Source: Chiloscyllium plagiosum (Eukaryota). Taken from it: a stretch of 64,000 bases of DNA. This document shows positions 63,419 to 64,000 of the stretch, piece by piece. The notes beneath the pieces are model-generated. The model was not told the origin of the DNA. It did not search any database and saw only the letters and a list, made by a program, of their open reading frames with translations. The number at the start of each line of letters is the position of its first letter. The first letter of the stretch is position 1. Location: the NCBI RefSeq assembly GCF_004010195.1, contig NC_057719.1, positions 4,681,708-4,745,707 of the forward strand. Direction: 5' to 3'. A program made the position numbers and the translations under genes.

Positions 63419-64000
63419 TGTGATACATGATTTCCCTTGCATAAAACCATGCTGAGTATCCCTAATTAGTCCTTACCTCTCAAAATGCATATAAATGCTA
63501 TCCTATAGGTTTGGCTTCCGGACACTTTTAACAGTGGGAAGGATTGTGTGCAAGCCATTTCTCTGCCATTCAATATGTGTCAACTCAAAAATAGCTACCT
63601 GATTTTTTTTGTTCTGTCTCCTTTATTATACAAACTTGTCATTTCTCCTAATATCACTATTATGAATAAACTTAATGTTTTATGAAGCCAAGTAATCTGT
63701 ACCAATAGAGCCATATTTTCAAGGCAGAGGTATACTGGTCCTGACCAACAAGGAAGTTAAAGCTGGGGTGGTGGTGGGAATGTAGAATTGAGACAGGTCT
63801 TATTACAGTCACAGCCATGATCTTATTGAATGCTGAATCAGTCTAGATGGGCCAAAATAGTTTGACTCCTGCTGCTAATTCTTATGTTGTGTTTTTGACC
63901 GAGATCAGACCTAACTTGAATATAACTGGCTACCATATTCTAAATCATGAATCAGGTGGCGAGAATGGGGTGATGAAACACATAGGAAAGTGTAATATTG

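Overview
Eukaryotic genomic DNA, very likely from a cartilaginous fish (shark), judged from HE1/V-type SINEs and the dense CR1 and Penelope repeats. The window lies inside a + strand PP4R3/SMEK gene (PPP4R3A or PPP4R3B; this peptide does not separate them). Only two short EVH1-domain coding exons are present: 33774-33829 (56 nt) and 56337-56435 (99 nt), both with canonical AG/GT boundaries. The rest is intron filled with nested, mostly dead retroelements. These include many CR1 LINEs, several near full length with zinc-finger/SGNH-esterase ORF1 and APE+RT ORF2. There are also L2/Crack-like LINEs, Penelope-like elements (RT, GIY-YIG) whose termini carry minimal hammerhead-ribozyme cores, and HE1 SINEs. 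Endogenous-retrovirus remains comprise three copies of a ~540 bp LTR, all antisense to the gene, and a separate decayed env. One LTR copy is followed by a tRNA-Ser primer-binding site and a leader with an array of tRNA T-arm/B-box-like motifs. There are three assembly gaps. Almost all ORFs in the track are transposon fragments or spurious. I found no clearly new multi-gene system. The most unusual signals are the ERV leader motif array, the hammerhead-bearing fold-back insertions, and CR1 copies sharing a deletion of the RT active site. Repeat boundaries were read by eye and are approximate unless a target-site duplication (TSD) is given.
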